Shown one piece after another: positions 49,041 through 62,550 of a DNA stretch of 64,000 nucleotides. This stretch comes from Antedon mediterranea. Taxonomy: Eukaryota; Animalia; Echinodermata. The stretch spans positions 2,976,001 to 3,040,000 of the forward strand of contig NC_092674.1 of assembly GCF_964355755.1 (NCBI RefSeq). The letters are read 5' to 3'. Made by a program: the position numbers and the translations under genes. The notes below the pieces were generated by a model. That model ran no database searches. It was not told the DNA's origin and was given only the letters and a program-made list of their open reading frames with translations. How positions within the stretch are numbered: the stretch's first letter is position 1; the number at the start of each line of letters is the position of its first letter.

Positions 49041-52000
49041 AAGGCATATACAGTAACTTATTATGCATATGTTAATGTGCATAATAACATAGTAAGGACA
49101 CTATGTGTCAAAATTGATTTGAAAAGTATGTGAGTTACCCAGTATTTCTCATATCAAAATACATCTACTGTTTAAGTGGGCCTGATGAGAAAGCGTAACA
49201 ATAAGACACCTTAACAGTTAGTGTTCACACTGTGTATAAGTATAACAACACCAAAAATACACTAAAAGGAAGAGGTATGTCAACTTCAAATTGTAATTTC
49301 ATGGAAACAAAGAAAAAAATCCCTCCAATTTTTTTATATGTTGTAGTTGACACGTAGGGCTACATTTTTCGTGATAGTCACCAACAAATCGGGCGTGTTC
49401 CACGGGGTCAATTTCAAGGTCAAAATATATGTCAAAGTTTTATTCAACTTAAAATTAACATAAAACACACACAATTAGTATATTTAGGTTCCTTATGGTC
49501 TCCCCTTTACAAAAATACCTTTGTTTTTAAAATCGAACCTATAGTTCCCGAGATACAGCTCTTTGAAACGTGGCGGACGCGCCCTTTGAAATTGCGATAT
49601 CTCGACAACCGTTGGTCCGATAAAGTTAAAATTTGAAATTTTGGCTTTAATTGCTATGAATCACCCATATACCAAATTTCATCAAAATTGGAAGAGGTAC
49701 TGTAGGGTTTAAAATTCCATTTTTTTTGGGTCACGAACTGAGATGGAATGACCCTATACTACGTGTGTTGTCTTGCTAATTAATGAAAAAGAGAAAATAA
49801 TGTGTTGGAAAAACAAGTCTTTATTTTAGTTACATATACTCGACACTTTAGCAACAATGTTGCTCAATGCTTTGTACGTGTTATCGTGGTAATAACAAAA
49901 AGAAGAAAAATAATGTGTTTTAAAATCTGTTTAGCAGCTATTTCTACAGTATTGTATCAGTTTAAAATGATGTATGTGTGTTATGTGTTTGCTAATGAAA
50001 TAAAAGAGTATCATAAATTATTAATGATAATCCATATTTGTAGACTTGGCATAAAAAAAGATTATTTCTTCTATTGTCTAGTAGTAGTAGAGATTATTTA
50101 AAATTTTACTAGAAATGTTCAACACAATTTAAAATGAATTTGTAATTTTTACAATGTGAAAACAGAGTGATTTAAGTTCCACTGGGTCTTTCACTAAATA
50201 AATAGTTGATAATAAATTATTTTATACAGATTGCATACAATAAGGGAATGTATTGTAATAACAACAATGCTTAACACAAATTAGATGGAAAACAAAAATA
50301 AGAATTAAAAAAATTGAACAAAAATCTTCCTTTAAATCTCAGTACAAGTGCCTTGAATTGGTCACAGACTTTATACATATTGAGTCGAACACTGTATTTT
50401 TGGCAAAACAATTTCAACAAAATCTATTCATAGGCAAAACAAAATACATAAATTTGCAAAAATAAAATAATTCGAACAATATACTACACAACACACATGT
50501 CGCAATCAGCATTACAAAACAATTTGGCTACAGGCATGTAAAAAAATATTGCATTGTTTATTGGACTTGCGCAAGTAATTTGTTGAGGGTATCCCTTAAC
50601 ATTTTTTTTCTAGAACAATACAAGCATATCCCTTAAAACCTAGCTTTGCAAACCATCCCCCCTGTGTTTTGCTCATCCTAAAATAACCAAGCTGGATACC
50701 ATGGTTTAATTCCCAACAATTCACACTCAATTATTTCTATATGAAAACAATAGTTAACTCATAAATAAATGAAAATGAAATTTTAAATGTAAGACTATGA
50801 GCTGAATAATCAATAGAAAACTCATAAAAAGAAATTATACTTATAAATAGATAATCATAAAATGCATTTGAAGGAATATTGATTAATAATTTTTTTTTAA
50901 ATAATTATTTTTTAAGAATATTCACAAATAATAATCTATTGATAAGATTAAACTATTTTTAGTTTTAGGAATCATTAGTTTTTGCTTATTTTTCAAACCC
51001 TATGTAAATTTGTGTTGAAATATGAATTGAACGTAAATATGAATATTTAATGAGCGTCGTAAAGAAAGGATTTGGGTCACATATCCTGGTAAACAAAATT
51101 ATTTATTACTAGGCTGTACGATAATTGAAAACTGTATAATTGAAATTATATAGGTCAACACAAATAACAAGGTCGCAAAGACTGGATTATTGTCACTATG
51201 CATAATAGACAAGAATAAAAGGTTACATGTTTATGCAATTTTAATAATCAATAGATTACATATTAATTTATGCAATAATAATAATACAGGAATAATACAA
51301 TGTACTTTGGACGTCATCTTTATATTTGCGACTTCTGTAATGTTCCACATTTTTCAATCTGATTACAAAATACAGAAGATTTTCAAAAATGTGGGCTAGC
51401 AGAAGGCTGTTATTAAAAGACATTTGAGGATCCAAGATTTTGAAATTGGAAAAAAAGAAGAGGGGAAGGTGGGTGTGGTTGGTTAAAATGTGAAATTAAG
51501 AGCTGAACTTCTAACCCTAATCTTTTGCATTGTAATTTCTATAAATTTATTAGAGGGGAGGGCTAAGCTGTTATTGTAGAATAAAGGGTGGCCTAACAAA
51601 GTGTCCACTGAATATGTTACAGTACCTAAGTGTTCCTAAAACATATTTCCGCTTTCCATATATTTTTGTTCGTTTCACAGCATTCCAAAGTGGGGACTAG
51701 TACAGTAGTACTACTATACAATGTTCTTGATCTAAAATTCTTTTGTTTTCGTTTTATCTACTGTCTTATTCATAATGGATGAATGAGAATTAAAATGAGT
51801 CACAGAATGGTTCAAGCAACGAGTGATTCATCATTAAAGACAATGGCGGTCTAATTTGTAAATTAAAAGTTTAATGAACTCAGGCCTGCAATCAACTTTG
51901 TTTATACAGTACTATGGATTCATCAAATATAGAAAAGTATTAATAAACAAGCCTAGAGGCATCATACATTATTAAAACTATAGACTACTACTATACAATT

Positions 52001-54961
52001 TACAGGATGTTTTATTTATATTTATATATTATAAAGATGTATATATCATTACTGCAATTTAGCTCTTTATGCTGCAATAGTCATAATATTTTTTTTTATT
52101 TATTTAAATAATCAAATTAATTATATTTCAGTATATCACCGGGCGGTTTAGAATTTATGTTCTGTGCCTGTTGTGTTTATACAGTACACACAATAATTCA
52201 ACGTTTTGATAAATTTATCTATCAGTTTTCACATATTTTCTATCTAAAGTATAAACTAAGTCTATCATCATACCCTCATAAATTACTGTAAATCCTGACT
52301 AAATATCAATGATACACTGTAGTACAGGTACAGTATTTATCTTGTTTATGCAATCAAACTATAGCTTTCCTACTCTTTTCATCCTATTTTTAGCAAGGCA
52401 TGAACTTCGTGTCAAAATAAAAAGGTCACCAATACAACAACTAAATTAGTAATATATTATAAACCTGTCAACACGATCATTAAGGATTTCATCTTAAAGC
52501 CCTTTATGTTCACATTCCTTTAACGTTCGTGATTTTTGTGAAATGGCGAAAATTACAGGTGTGCAAAGATAAAGATTTAAAGATTTTGTATACAGTGGAT
52601 AATTCATAAATAAGTAATTAAAGAACTTAGTTAAGTGAATATAAGTACTGTAATGTTTAGAATTATGTTAGTCCCTACTGTATGTTAGTCATATGGATTA
52701 ATTTTCATTTAAGTAAATGGTTAAAGGCACTACTGTACATTATTCAGTAAAATATAATATACAGTAGTAAGTTACAGTAGTAGGACAGGTAATAGTTAGT
52801 ATTGGTTAATTTTTTTTTTAATCTCTAAATCTTTTCTCAATATTCAATTACAATTGAAATTAATGCAATGTTTTTTTTAAACTCGATATTGCTGGATTTT
52901 ATACAAATAGCATTTATTTATTTATTTATTTCATAATCTCGTTCAACAGCGGGAAACTTATTGCCTTACAGAATGGAATAATATATATTATATATATATT
53001 AAGACCTATACAATACAAAGTTACCAAACTCTTATACCCATTTAAGTACAGACTCAGTGTGTACAAGATTAATGTCCTTTTTACACACACTTAGCCTAAA
53101 GGTAAGATGCCAACACTTTCACTATATAACCATATTGTAACCTCTAGGTCAAAGGTTACAAGTATAAAGTTAAATCTTAAATTACTGTCAGTGTCCAGTT
53201 GAAAAAGTATTAATATCAGATATTGATTTTGACAACTAATTCTTCAGCTTGAATTGGTTCAATTAAAAACGGCTGTAATAGTATTATAATTTATAACAAG
53301 CTCTTAATTTACACCAATTAAAACATAATTCAATGACCATTCGATATTAAGCCTGAGTGATAGACATAGCTGTTCAGAGCGACAGCTCTACAGTACACTA
53401 TGTGGTAGATCACAAGCAGTACTGTACAGTATCACTCCAGCAAGAAATTTCTTTTGGTCATATAAAATTGCACCGCAATTCAGAATGTTTTGTCCAGGGG
53501 TGGTGGATCCAGCATTATATAGATTAGGGGGAGGGCTACAGTAAAACGATCTGCAGGTTGCAGAAAAATTAAAATACTGTAGTCATTATTTTATTTTAAA
53601 AAGACATGGCTGTTAAATGTTAGGGTGGGAGGGGGGGAGGAAGAGAGGCCTAAAGCCTGTTCAGCTCTTGTCTAAATTTGCGCCTGTTGTCTAGTTGCCT
53701 TTACTACTGTAGTTCCCTTAACTTGTACTAAAACAAAGGGAATTATAAGGGTTAGATTCCTTGTGGTATGTCAATGGTTTCATTCAATTGTTTTATCCCA
53801 TCACGTGACTAGGTTGAAATTAAATGTTATTGGTTGTTCCATCTTACAGGAACATGATACTGTACTGTAATATAATATTGGCAAGCTATGTTACATTATA
53901 CTTCAAGATGTGTAATTTATGGATCACAAACTTTAATCAATTAACAATGTTCTAGAACTGATATTAGCCATACAGAATTTAACTAAACAAAATAACATTA
54001 TCTTACTGGTGATGTTTAGCCATCTTCACAGTGTACTGTCAGTGTCATATAGTATAATCATACTACTGTATATTAATATATGTTACATGTACGACATCAA
54101 ATAACAAAATAAATAAAACAGCCAAATTATCGCAAAATCAATTTGATCAACTGTAACATGTTCATATTATTTCTCATTACAATCTCAATTGATACTGTAG
54201 AACAATTTATCAACACAATATCATTGTAATAATAATAGATAGAATAGATTTTAATTCACATTGTAACATAATTTCCTAATATCACAGGGTTTATTGCAGG
54301 TCAGAATGATATGAATTTAGTATTGTGAAATAATTAATATCAGATGAATTATACTTTTATTTATTATTATTTTTTTATTTAATTTAATACTAACGCTCTG
54401 TCTACACTATCAAACTAGTTTGACAGAAAAATGCGATGCGCATGATGTCATATCACTACCATTTTTGGGCACATCACACTTTTTTATCAAACTAGTTTGG
54501 TAGTGTAGACAGAGCTTTATACTTTAATAAATTTGAGGCATTTCCTAAATTATTTCTCAATAGTGTTGTTTGTTGGTCAGACAGGTATGAGTTGAGCAAT
54601 ATCCATAGTAAGTTTTTTTAATTAATTTTTAGCACCTTAGTACTGAGCCAGTTCAGACTGTCAAAATATTCAAGTTCATGCTACAAATACTCATTTAAAC
54701 TATAGTAATTACTTTTCTCACATTTCAGGATTAAGGCGAAATCTTAATAATCCCAAGAGATTTCATGTTTACAGATGCATGAACCAATCAGCAAATGAAT
54801 AAATTCCTAATCACCACATTCATCAAGCCATACAAATGTCAAAATAGTTTACCAACAACCCATGGATATCAAATGATGTACTGTAGAATCATTTCATTTA
54901 TTTGACATACTATTATGTATAGGAACATATGCCTACTACTGTAACTGTATGTTTTGTTTTA

Positions 54962-55140
54962 AGCGTGGTTCCCACTAGCGACGCAACACAAGGACGTAAC
55001 GCAACGCAAGTGAATTGACCAATCACAAGCGATGGCTTATTCGCTTGTGATTGCTAACTGTCTATAACTTCACTTGTCATTGGTTAAAACGCTTGCGTTG
55101 CGTTTACGTCCTTGCGTTACGTTCTAGTGGGAACCAAGCT
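54962..55140. mobile_element. Palindromic MITE family 2 (Harbinger-like)
   Basis: agcgtggttcccactag...ctagtgggaaccaagct with internal cgcaa repeats; diverged copies at about 14371-14502 and 36703-36849 share the gaccaatcacaag core. Confidence 0.75.
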
Positions 55141-58100
55141 TAAAACTATTACCACCACCACACCAAGCTGCACTTTTGTATTTTCTATTCTATTTAATCA
55201 TTACAAAGGACCTGATGGATATTGTAGTAGTGTCTACCAACACTGTGCTCACAATGTTTTGATCATTAATCATATAGTACGGTATGCCAAATTGAAAATA
55301 CCTAACAAATGAATGAACAAGACTAACAACGTGATAGCCAGATAGTCATGGGCCTTTGATACAGGCTTAAATCTCTGTCTGCACTATCAAACTAGTTTGA
55401 CAAAAAAAGTGTAATGTGTCCAAACATGGTGGTGATATGCTCAAATATGGTAGTGATAATATGACATCATCATGTCCATATTGGGCACACCATAATGAAA
55501 GCAGAAGTTCAACATTATCAAAAGGATTTCAGTTTCAACATATAAACGCTGGGAATCTGCAAATCTTGACATCTTTAGGTAAGAATAAAGATCATAATTA
55601 AGGACTTTTATTTTTTATAAAGGTCGGACTATCATCAGAAAAAAAGTTTAAAAATGACAAATTTTCTGAGAATCCGGTTTTAGTTGCTTAAAATGTCATC
55701 CTGACCTTTGATTCTTAAAAATAACCAATATTATAAAAGTACAGACTACTTGTAAATCAAGTTATTACAGTCTCTCTACTACTAATTGATCAAGTTGATT
55801 TCACGCCAAGCTTAATCAACAAGACTGCTATGAATAGGTCAGCCTCAGAGGAGACGATAGAAATATATATTTCACATTACATACATATTATTAGCCTACT
55901 AAATTTAGTAAGTCAAAAGCAGCATTGCAAAACGTATTACATCCTTGACAGTAAAGAAACTTTTTTTATAGCTATTGCCAGTTTGTTTTGGTTGTCTAAA
56001 ACATTGATTTAATTTCATTTTTTAATAGCAATACCTGTAAGCATTCCATCACATTGTTATTAAAGATAATAATTAAAGCTGTCTTGTCTACACTATCAAA
56101 CTAGTTTGACAAAAAGTGTGAAGTGCCCAATTATGGTAGTGATATGACATTATCATGTCCATGGGTACCACATTTTTTTGTCACATAAAGTGTGATAGTG
56201 TACTGTAGACAACATTAGCTAACTGTAACTTCATGTGAACAATGATGTCACATGTACATGTAGTAATCAGTTGACTTAAAATAAATCGATTTTGTGTCTT
56301 GTAAATTTTGGCTTTTGGCCATTGCGACAATGACCTTCACAATCCTATTAGACAACTAGCCTATCATTTGCTCTGAATGTAATTTACAGTAAATTTATAA
56401 AACATTGGATGAAATCCAATAATAAGCCCTGTAAATTAAATTATGTGGCTAGTATGAATTCTGATCAGAGCTACTGTCAAGTTCTGTGGATGAACCAAAA
56501 ATAAAGTACTGCAAATTGTAATGTACTGTGAAATGCTTTATCAAATGTTAATACCGTACTGTAGGACAAGATGAGTATTCAAGTGCTAAAGTATAAGAAA
56601 TAGGGGGGGGGGGGGGGAGGTGTAAGCCTCATTAAATAGTGACAGTCTAACCCCTTTTAATTATTGAATAAGGTTTGAATAAATAATATTTTAGTAATGA
56701 TCATATTGTTTTTAGCAATACCTGGTATTCTACTGTATGAGTTCCACTTTACCTAGATAAATATACATGAGCCTGTTTTCTGCTACTGTAGGCATGAAGT
56801 ACTATAGATTACAAAATATACTGAAACCATCTTCATAGTGGTACAGTATGACACACAAATTCACAATGTGTAAAAAAAGATAACCTCTTATCAACCTGCA
56901 CTGTGCAGTTTACTTTTGGTACTGTACTGTGTATTATGTCAGGAAAATACAGTACTTTTAAAATCTCTTTACCGAGCAAAATAGGACAGAGACAATAGGA
57001 TGCATTACAAATCTACAGTAACCACCTAATCTTGTAAACTATCACCTCAATAATTTGGTGATTTTTCATAATAAAGTTTTATGCATTTTAAAACAATACA
57101 CTGACATACTGCACTTTAGCCTTGCGTAATACAAAGTGCTGTAATCACTATTATAATGATCTTTGTACACTAATGTTGAGCAATGATATTGTCAAGTGTT
57201 TTGCCTATGGCCGCTTTATGACTTACTTTACCTACTAAGCCTAAACAGCTGCTTTGTAATTATTGTGATTCAAGTTAGGTTGTAATGACGTCACAAATCA
57301 CAAAATTAAAGCCAAAAAATTATTGAGTGGGTGTTTAGAAACACAACCAGCACACCTACATTTATACTTAATGAGGTTGCTGACATATTTTACATTAAAA
57401 TAACAATACAGTATTATTATACATGATTATTATATTAACCCAGAAATAATAAAGAATATTCAGAACCAGATGAATTTATTTAAATAGCAATAAAGGAGTT
57501 ACCGCTTCGTCTATGTAGTCAACACTTGAGTAAAAACATTCTTTCTTTAATTTTAAATCATATTAAATATAATGTTTGGTTTGGGCGTCCCTGACACAAG
57601 CTTTGCTTCTTTGGTGACGCCACCATATTGGAAATAAATGTTGATTTAGATTGGTTTGATTGTTTGAATGTATTTAATTTATTGTTAATGGATACATTTA
57701 GTAGGTCTGCAGACATTCTACAACAAGCCCACAGCTACTGTAGGGCTACCATAGTACACCCAGTAAAACTCCTATCACTCTATACCCATTTGTAACAGAG
57801 AGAGCAAATTGCTCTGCAAGCCCTAATTCTTTGACATGAATCCATAAGGTGGAGTCTCCAAAGAGTTGGTTATAAGGAACATTATAACTCTACTTTGCCT
57901 ATTTCTCCTGATCTAAGCTGGGTTAATACCACCCTTGACAGCGTAATACATTACAACACTATCTACATCATTGAATGCCTATACAGTGTTATTATAGTGA
58001 ATCAGAGAAGCTGTCAATGGATAATAAAGCCAAGGTGACATTTTATTTAAAGATATGTTGTCCAACTGTAAAAATGAATTTGTTTAGTTGAATATGAAAT

Positions 58101-58288
58101 TTGAATTGTCACATAGTTATTCACCAAAAATTGCATTTGAAAAAAGTATTGTAAAAACTGTATTGTAAAGCAAAAAATAGTCAAATTTCAAGACTGGAAG
58201 ACAATGGGTTTGTACTTGCACACAAATTTGTATGGCAATGTCACAACCTTTTTGTTTATTGTATTTCATTATCTTTTGTATTGCATTG

Positions 58289-60798
58289 GGGTATTGCTAA
58301 ACACCGCAAACCCCCGCAAACCTCCAAAAAAACATAGCAAACCCCACCGAACCAACATAAAAGTGATTGAATAATGTAGTGTACAACCCACTGGGTATAT
58401 CAATGAAAAAAAAAAAATTAATTTCTACTGTTAACAACTTATTTTTGGGGTAAAACCTCATTTTTTGGTCAAAAATGATTGCTAAACCCCGCAAACCTCC
58501 AAAAAACCATAGCAAACCCCACCGAACAAACATAAAAGTGATTGAATAATGTAGTGTACGACCCACTGGGTATATAAATTATTAAATTTCTACTGTTAAC
58601 TACTTTTTTGGGGATAAAACATCATTTTTGGGTTAAAAATTAGCAATCATTTTTGACCAAAAAATAATGTTATACCCCAAAAATAATTAGTTAACAGTAG
58701 AAATTTAATATTTTTTTTACATGGATATACCCAGTGGGTTGTACACTACATGATTCAATCAGTTTTATGTTGGTTCGATGGGGTTTGCTATATTTTTTTG
58801 GAGGTTTGCGGGGTTTAGCAATCATTTTTGACCAAAAAATGATGTTTTACCCCAAAAATAAATTGTTAACAGTAGAAATTTAATTTTTTTTTTACATGGA
58901 TATACCCAGTGGGTTGTACACTACATGATTCAATCACTTTCATGTTGGTTCGATGGGGTTTGCTATGTTTTTTTGGAGGTTTGCGGGGTTTGCGGTGTTT
59001 AGCAATACCCATCATTTTTGCCCAAAAAATGATGTTTTACCCCAAAAATAATTAGTTAACAGTAAAAATGTATTATTGGTTATCCGCAACGAAGTTGCAG
59101 GATAACCTCTTGTGATTGTACGAAATCATCATCAACATCAACTTTTTATTTCTCTTCTTTCTTTCTGTATGATTTTTGTGGAACGCTTTTCTCGAAAACT
59201 TGCAAACATAACATTTTGTAACTTTCTCAACATATCGTCATGCACATGAAGATGTGCAGCGAAGCTTTTCATGATGTTTACAATTGCGCAACGTGACTTA
59301 CGTGCGATTTAACGATTTTGTCGTATTTAACATAGCTCGACAACCAAATAACATTTCAACTTGAAACTTTGCAAAAGTTTAATTTATATCATGCGCTAAC
59401 TTTCTGTACAAAAAAAATTGCGTGTTTTACACAAACTTACGCGCGCACGCGCATATAAAATTTCAAAATGCGCAAAATTAATTTATAATCAACTTTCTAC
59501 GCGTTTCATGTCGTTTAAAACATTTCAAAAATTCCCACGCGTGCGCACATTTTTACGTGTGCGGTGCGCACGTAGCATTGATAACGTATTTTTTTCGCGT
59601 GATTTATGTTTTTCCAGCCTTTTCTAGTAATTTTACCAAATTTTAAACAATTTCGACTTAAAGATACGTCATACGAGCACGTCGAATTGGACAATTTGCG
59701 CGCGTTTTTTATGAAAAGGTTAAAAAATTCGTTTAAAATATGCCTTTTTTTAAATAGTCGTAATTTCTAAACTAGACGGTCAACTTTTTGTGGATGGCAT
59801 ATTCTGGAAGTAGATGAGTTTTAGATATCGGATCAGGTATTAATATGGCTAACCGGACATTGTGACGTCATCGTATGGCCACACGAATATAAAATTTAGG
59901 ATTTTTGTATCTTTCGTCATAGCTCATCACATTGAATAGAGCGCATCTCCACTTATCCGTTTTCCATTTTCACCCTGATTTTGATATTGTCTAGGTCAAT
60001 CAACTATCTTTCGCATGAGCTAAAAATATTTTAATTTTTTTGACGTCATCATGCCTAAAAATTTAAATCACGTGTGGCATTAATTTCATCTTTACAGTAA
60101 ATTTTAATCTGTTATAGCTCGTAAGAATAAAATGTGATAATCACGATTAAAACTTTTTCTGGAAGCTTTTGGATTGTAGATACAAAATTATGTAAAAATG
60201 TTGCCAATCGGATGTTGTGACGTCATCATATGGCCAGTTAAATAAAAAAGGTCGTATTTTCATCTTTTGCGTCATAATTCATTACATTTAAAAGAGCGCG
60301 CATCAATATTTAACGTATTCAAATTTCTTCTACACGCTAATACGTTGTTGCTGAGATAATTTCCTTTCGGAATTGCTAACTTCGCGTTTCATTTTAAAAC
60401 CGTCAACATGTTAAAAATTGCAATAAATTGCGGGTCCCGTAATTTCACCTATTCTACACTGTATGTGATATGGATACAGATTATACTGTGTATACTATAT
60501 ATGAATTTAAATAATAAAATTCAGCAATAACAACATATCATATTCTTCAGTTCAGGTCATAATGCCAACGTGAACACTTCCTTTTGTCCTCAACCTATCC
60601 CTTTAATGTTAATGTTGCACCACTTGCGCGGCGGATAACCAAACTCGTCAAAGTGACGAGTTACATGTCTAGTTTTTTTTACATTGATATACCCAGTGGG
60701 TTGTACACTACATGATTCAATCACTTTTATGTTGGTTCGATGGGGTTTGCTATGTTTTTTTGGAGGTTTGCGGGGGTTTGCGGTGTTTAGCAATACCC
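58289..60798. mobile_element. Foldback (Merlin-like) non-autonomous element, copy A, with nested Helentron
   Basis: Termini gggtattgctaaacaccgcaaac / gtttgcggtgtttagcaataccc; 8-bp TSD ttgcattg (58281-58288, 60799-60806). Arms are built from about 185-bp tandem units. Confidence 0.78.
59073..60672 (+). mobile_element. Helentron-associated non-autonomous element (HINE / DINE-1-like)
   Basis: 5' subTIR hairpin ggttatccgcaac-gaa-gttgcaggataacc followed by simple repeats; 3' subTIR gcggataacc, stem-loop actcgtc-aaagt-gacgagt and terminal CTAG. Inserted in a T run with no TSD; the empty site is visible in copy B at 62401-62430. Confidence 0.8.
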
Positions 60799-61069
60799 TT
60801 GCATTGTTGTATAGTTTTATTGTTACATTTGCTAATTAAATTAAATGGCTATTGAACCACCCAGCACAAATACACTATGCAACATTGCCTATCAACATCT
60901 GATGGATGTATCTTGAACTACGGTATACCAGCATTACAACAGAATTGGAAGAGAAAATTGGAATAATCTTGCAATATTATCCAAACTGTTTCCTTCCTTC
61001 AATACTGTACATTAAATTAAACATTGTTAAAATTAATCACGCAAAAACCTTGATTCAGATTTCATTGTT

Positions 61070-61470
61070 TTCATTGACCTGGGTGAGGGGTGTTTATAAA
61101 CATTTGTTACATCTTGACCTGAGTGAATGTTATGTTGGATGGAGAGGGATGTTTTATGAATATTCATTACATCTTGACCTGGGTGTTGCATTGAGAAGGG
61201 TGTTTATGAATATTCATTACATCTTGACCTGGGTGCTAAATGGAAAAGGATGTTTATGAATATTCATTACATCTATCTTGACCTGGGAGCTACATGGAGA
61301 ATGTTGTATATGAATATTCATTACAACTTGAACTGGGTGCTACTGTTTCATGGAAGATGTTTATGAATATTCATTACATCATCTATTTTGACCTGGGAGA
61401 TGCATGGAGGGGAGTTTATAAATATTCATTACTGTACATCTATTTTGACCTGGAAGCTGCATGGAGAGGG
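61070..61470. repeat. Degenerate 52-60-bp tandem repeat, about 7 copies
   Basis: Recurring tgtttatgaatattcattacatcttgacctgggtg...tggagagg. Confidence 0.85.
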
Positions 61471-61816
61471 ATGGTTATGTTAAACATTCCTCAAATTCCT
61501 TTAGTACTTCGCAGTGCATTAATATTAAATATTTATTTCACATTGCTCAATATTGCATTGCAAAACCTACAGTATACCATTACCAGTTGTACAAAATGCA
61601 GTATATCAAATATTGATACAAAACGACCATTTCTCCTGTTACATGTCCAGTGTTCATGGTATCATCGTTATGCATGAGTGAACAACAGTGTTTCTGTACA
61701 AATTTTTAGATCAGTGGATTAGTCAAGTCTTAAAAAGTTATATCCAAATCCACTATCACATGCTAATATAAAATTTTAGTATGAAAATATAAAAACTAAA
61801 TTTAGTTTTTAGGTAT

Positions 61817-62550
61817 GGGTATTGCTAAACACCGCAAACCCCCGCAAACCTCCAAAAAAATATAGCAAACCCCATCGAACCAACATAAAAGTGATTGAAT
61901 CATGTAGTGTACAACCCACTGGGTGTATTCATGTTAAAAAAATATTAAATTTCTACTGTTAACTACTTATTTTTGGGGTAAAACATCATTTTTTGGTCAA
62001 AAATGATTGCTAAACCCCGCAAACCTCCAAAAAAATATAGCAAACCCCACCGAACCAACATAAAAGTGATTGAATCATGTAGTGTACAACCCACTGGCTA
62101 TATCCATGTAAACAAAAAATTTAATTTCTACTGTTAACTACTTATTTTTGGGGTAAAACATCATTTTTTGGTCAAAAATGATTGCTAATTTTTAACCAAA
62201 AAATGATGTTTTATCCCCAAAAAAGTAGTTAACAGTAGAATTTTAATAATTTATATACCCAGTGGGTCGTACACTACATTATTCAATCACTTTTATGTTG
62301 GTTCGGTGGGGTTTGCTATGGTTTTTTGGAGGTTTGCGGGGTTTAGTAATCATTTTTTATTTGAAAAAATGATGTTTTACCCCAAAAATAAGTTGTTAAC
62401 AGTAAAAATGTATTTTTTTTTTTACATTGATAAACCCAGTGGGTTGTACACTACATGATTCAATCACTTTTATGTTGGTTCGATGGGGTTTGCTATATTT
62501 TTTTGGAGGTTTGCGGGGGTTTGCGGGGTTTGCGGTGTTTAGCAATACCC
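61817..62550. mobile_element. Foldback (Merlin-like) element, copy B
   Basis: Same termini and tandem-unit arms as copy A; the whole element is an approximately 730-bp imperfect palindrome; no TSD evident. Confidence 0.78.

Larger units (their letters stand above)
47231..49754 (-). mobile_element. Sola2-like DNA transposon, internally deleted
   Basis: About 510-bp near-perfect TIRs (47231-47740 and about 49247-49754), GGG...CCC termini, TATA on both flanks. Internal DDE transposase fragments read HYFTDGCGGQYKN...WNFFATLHGKSACDGIGGTVKR. GRG/CYC termini, long TIRs and a 4-bp TSD are described Sola2 traits. Confidence 0.8.

Noticed and set aside
53495-53690. Possible hAT-type MITE (caggggtggtggatcc...gcgcctg)
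   Set aside because: Too degenerate to define TIRs or a TSD with confidence.
60906-61677. 117-aa and 127-aa plus-strand ORFs
   Set aside because: They overlap a degenerate tandem repeat and show no recognisable domain.
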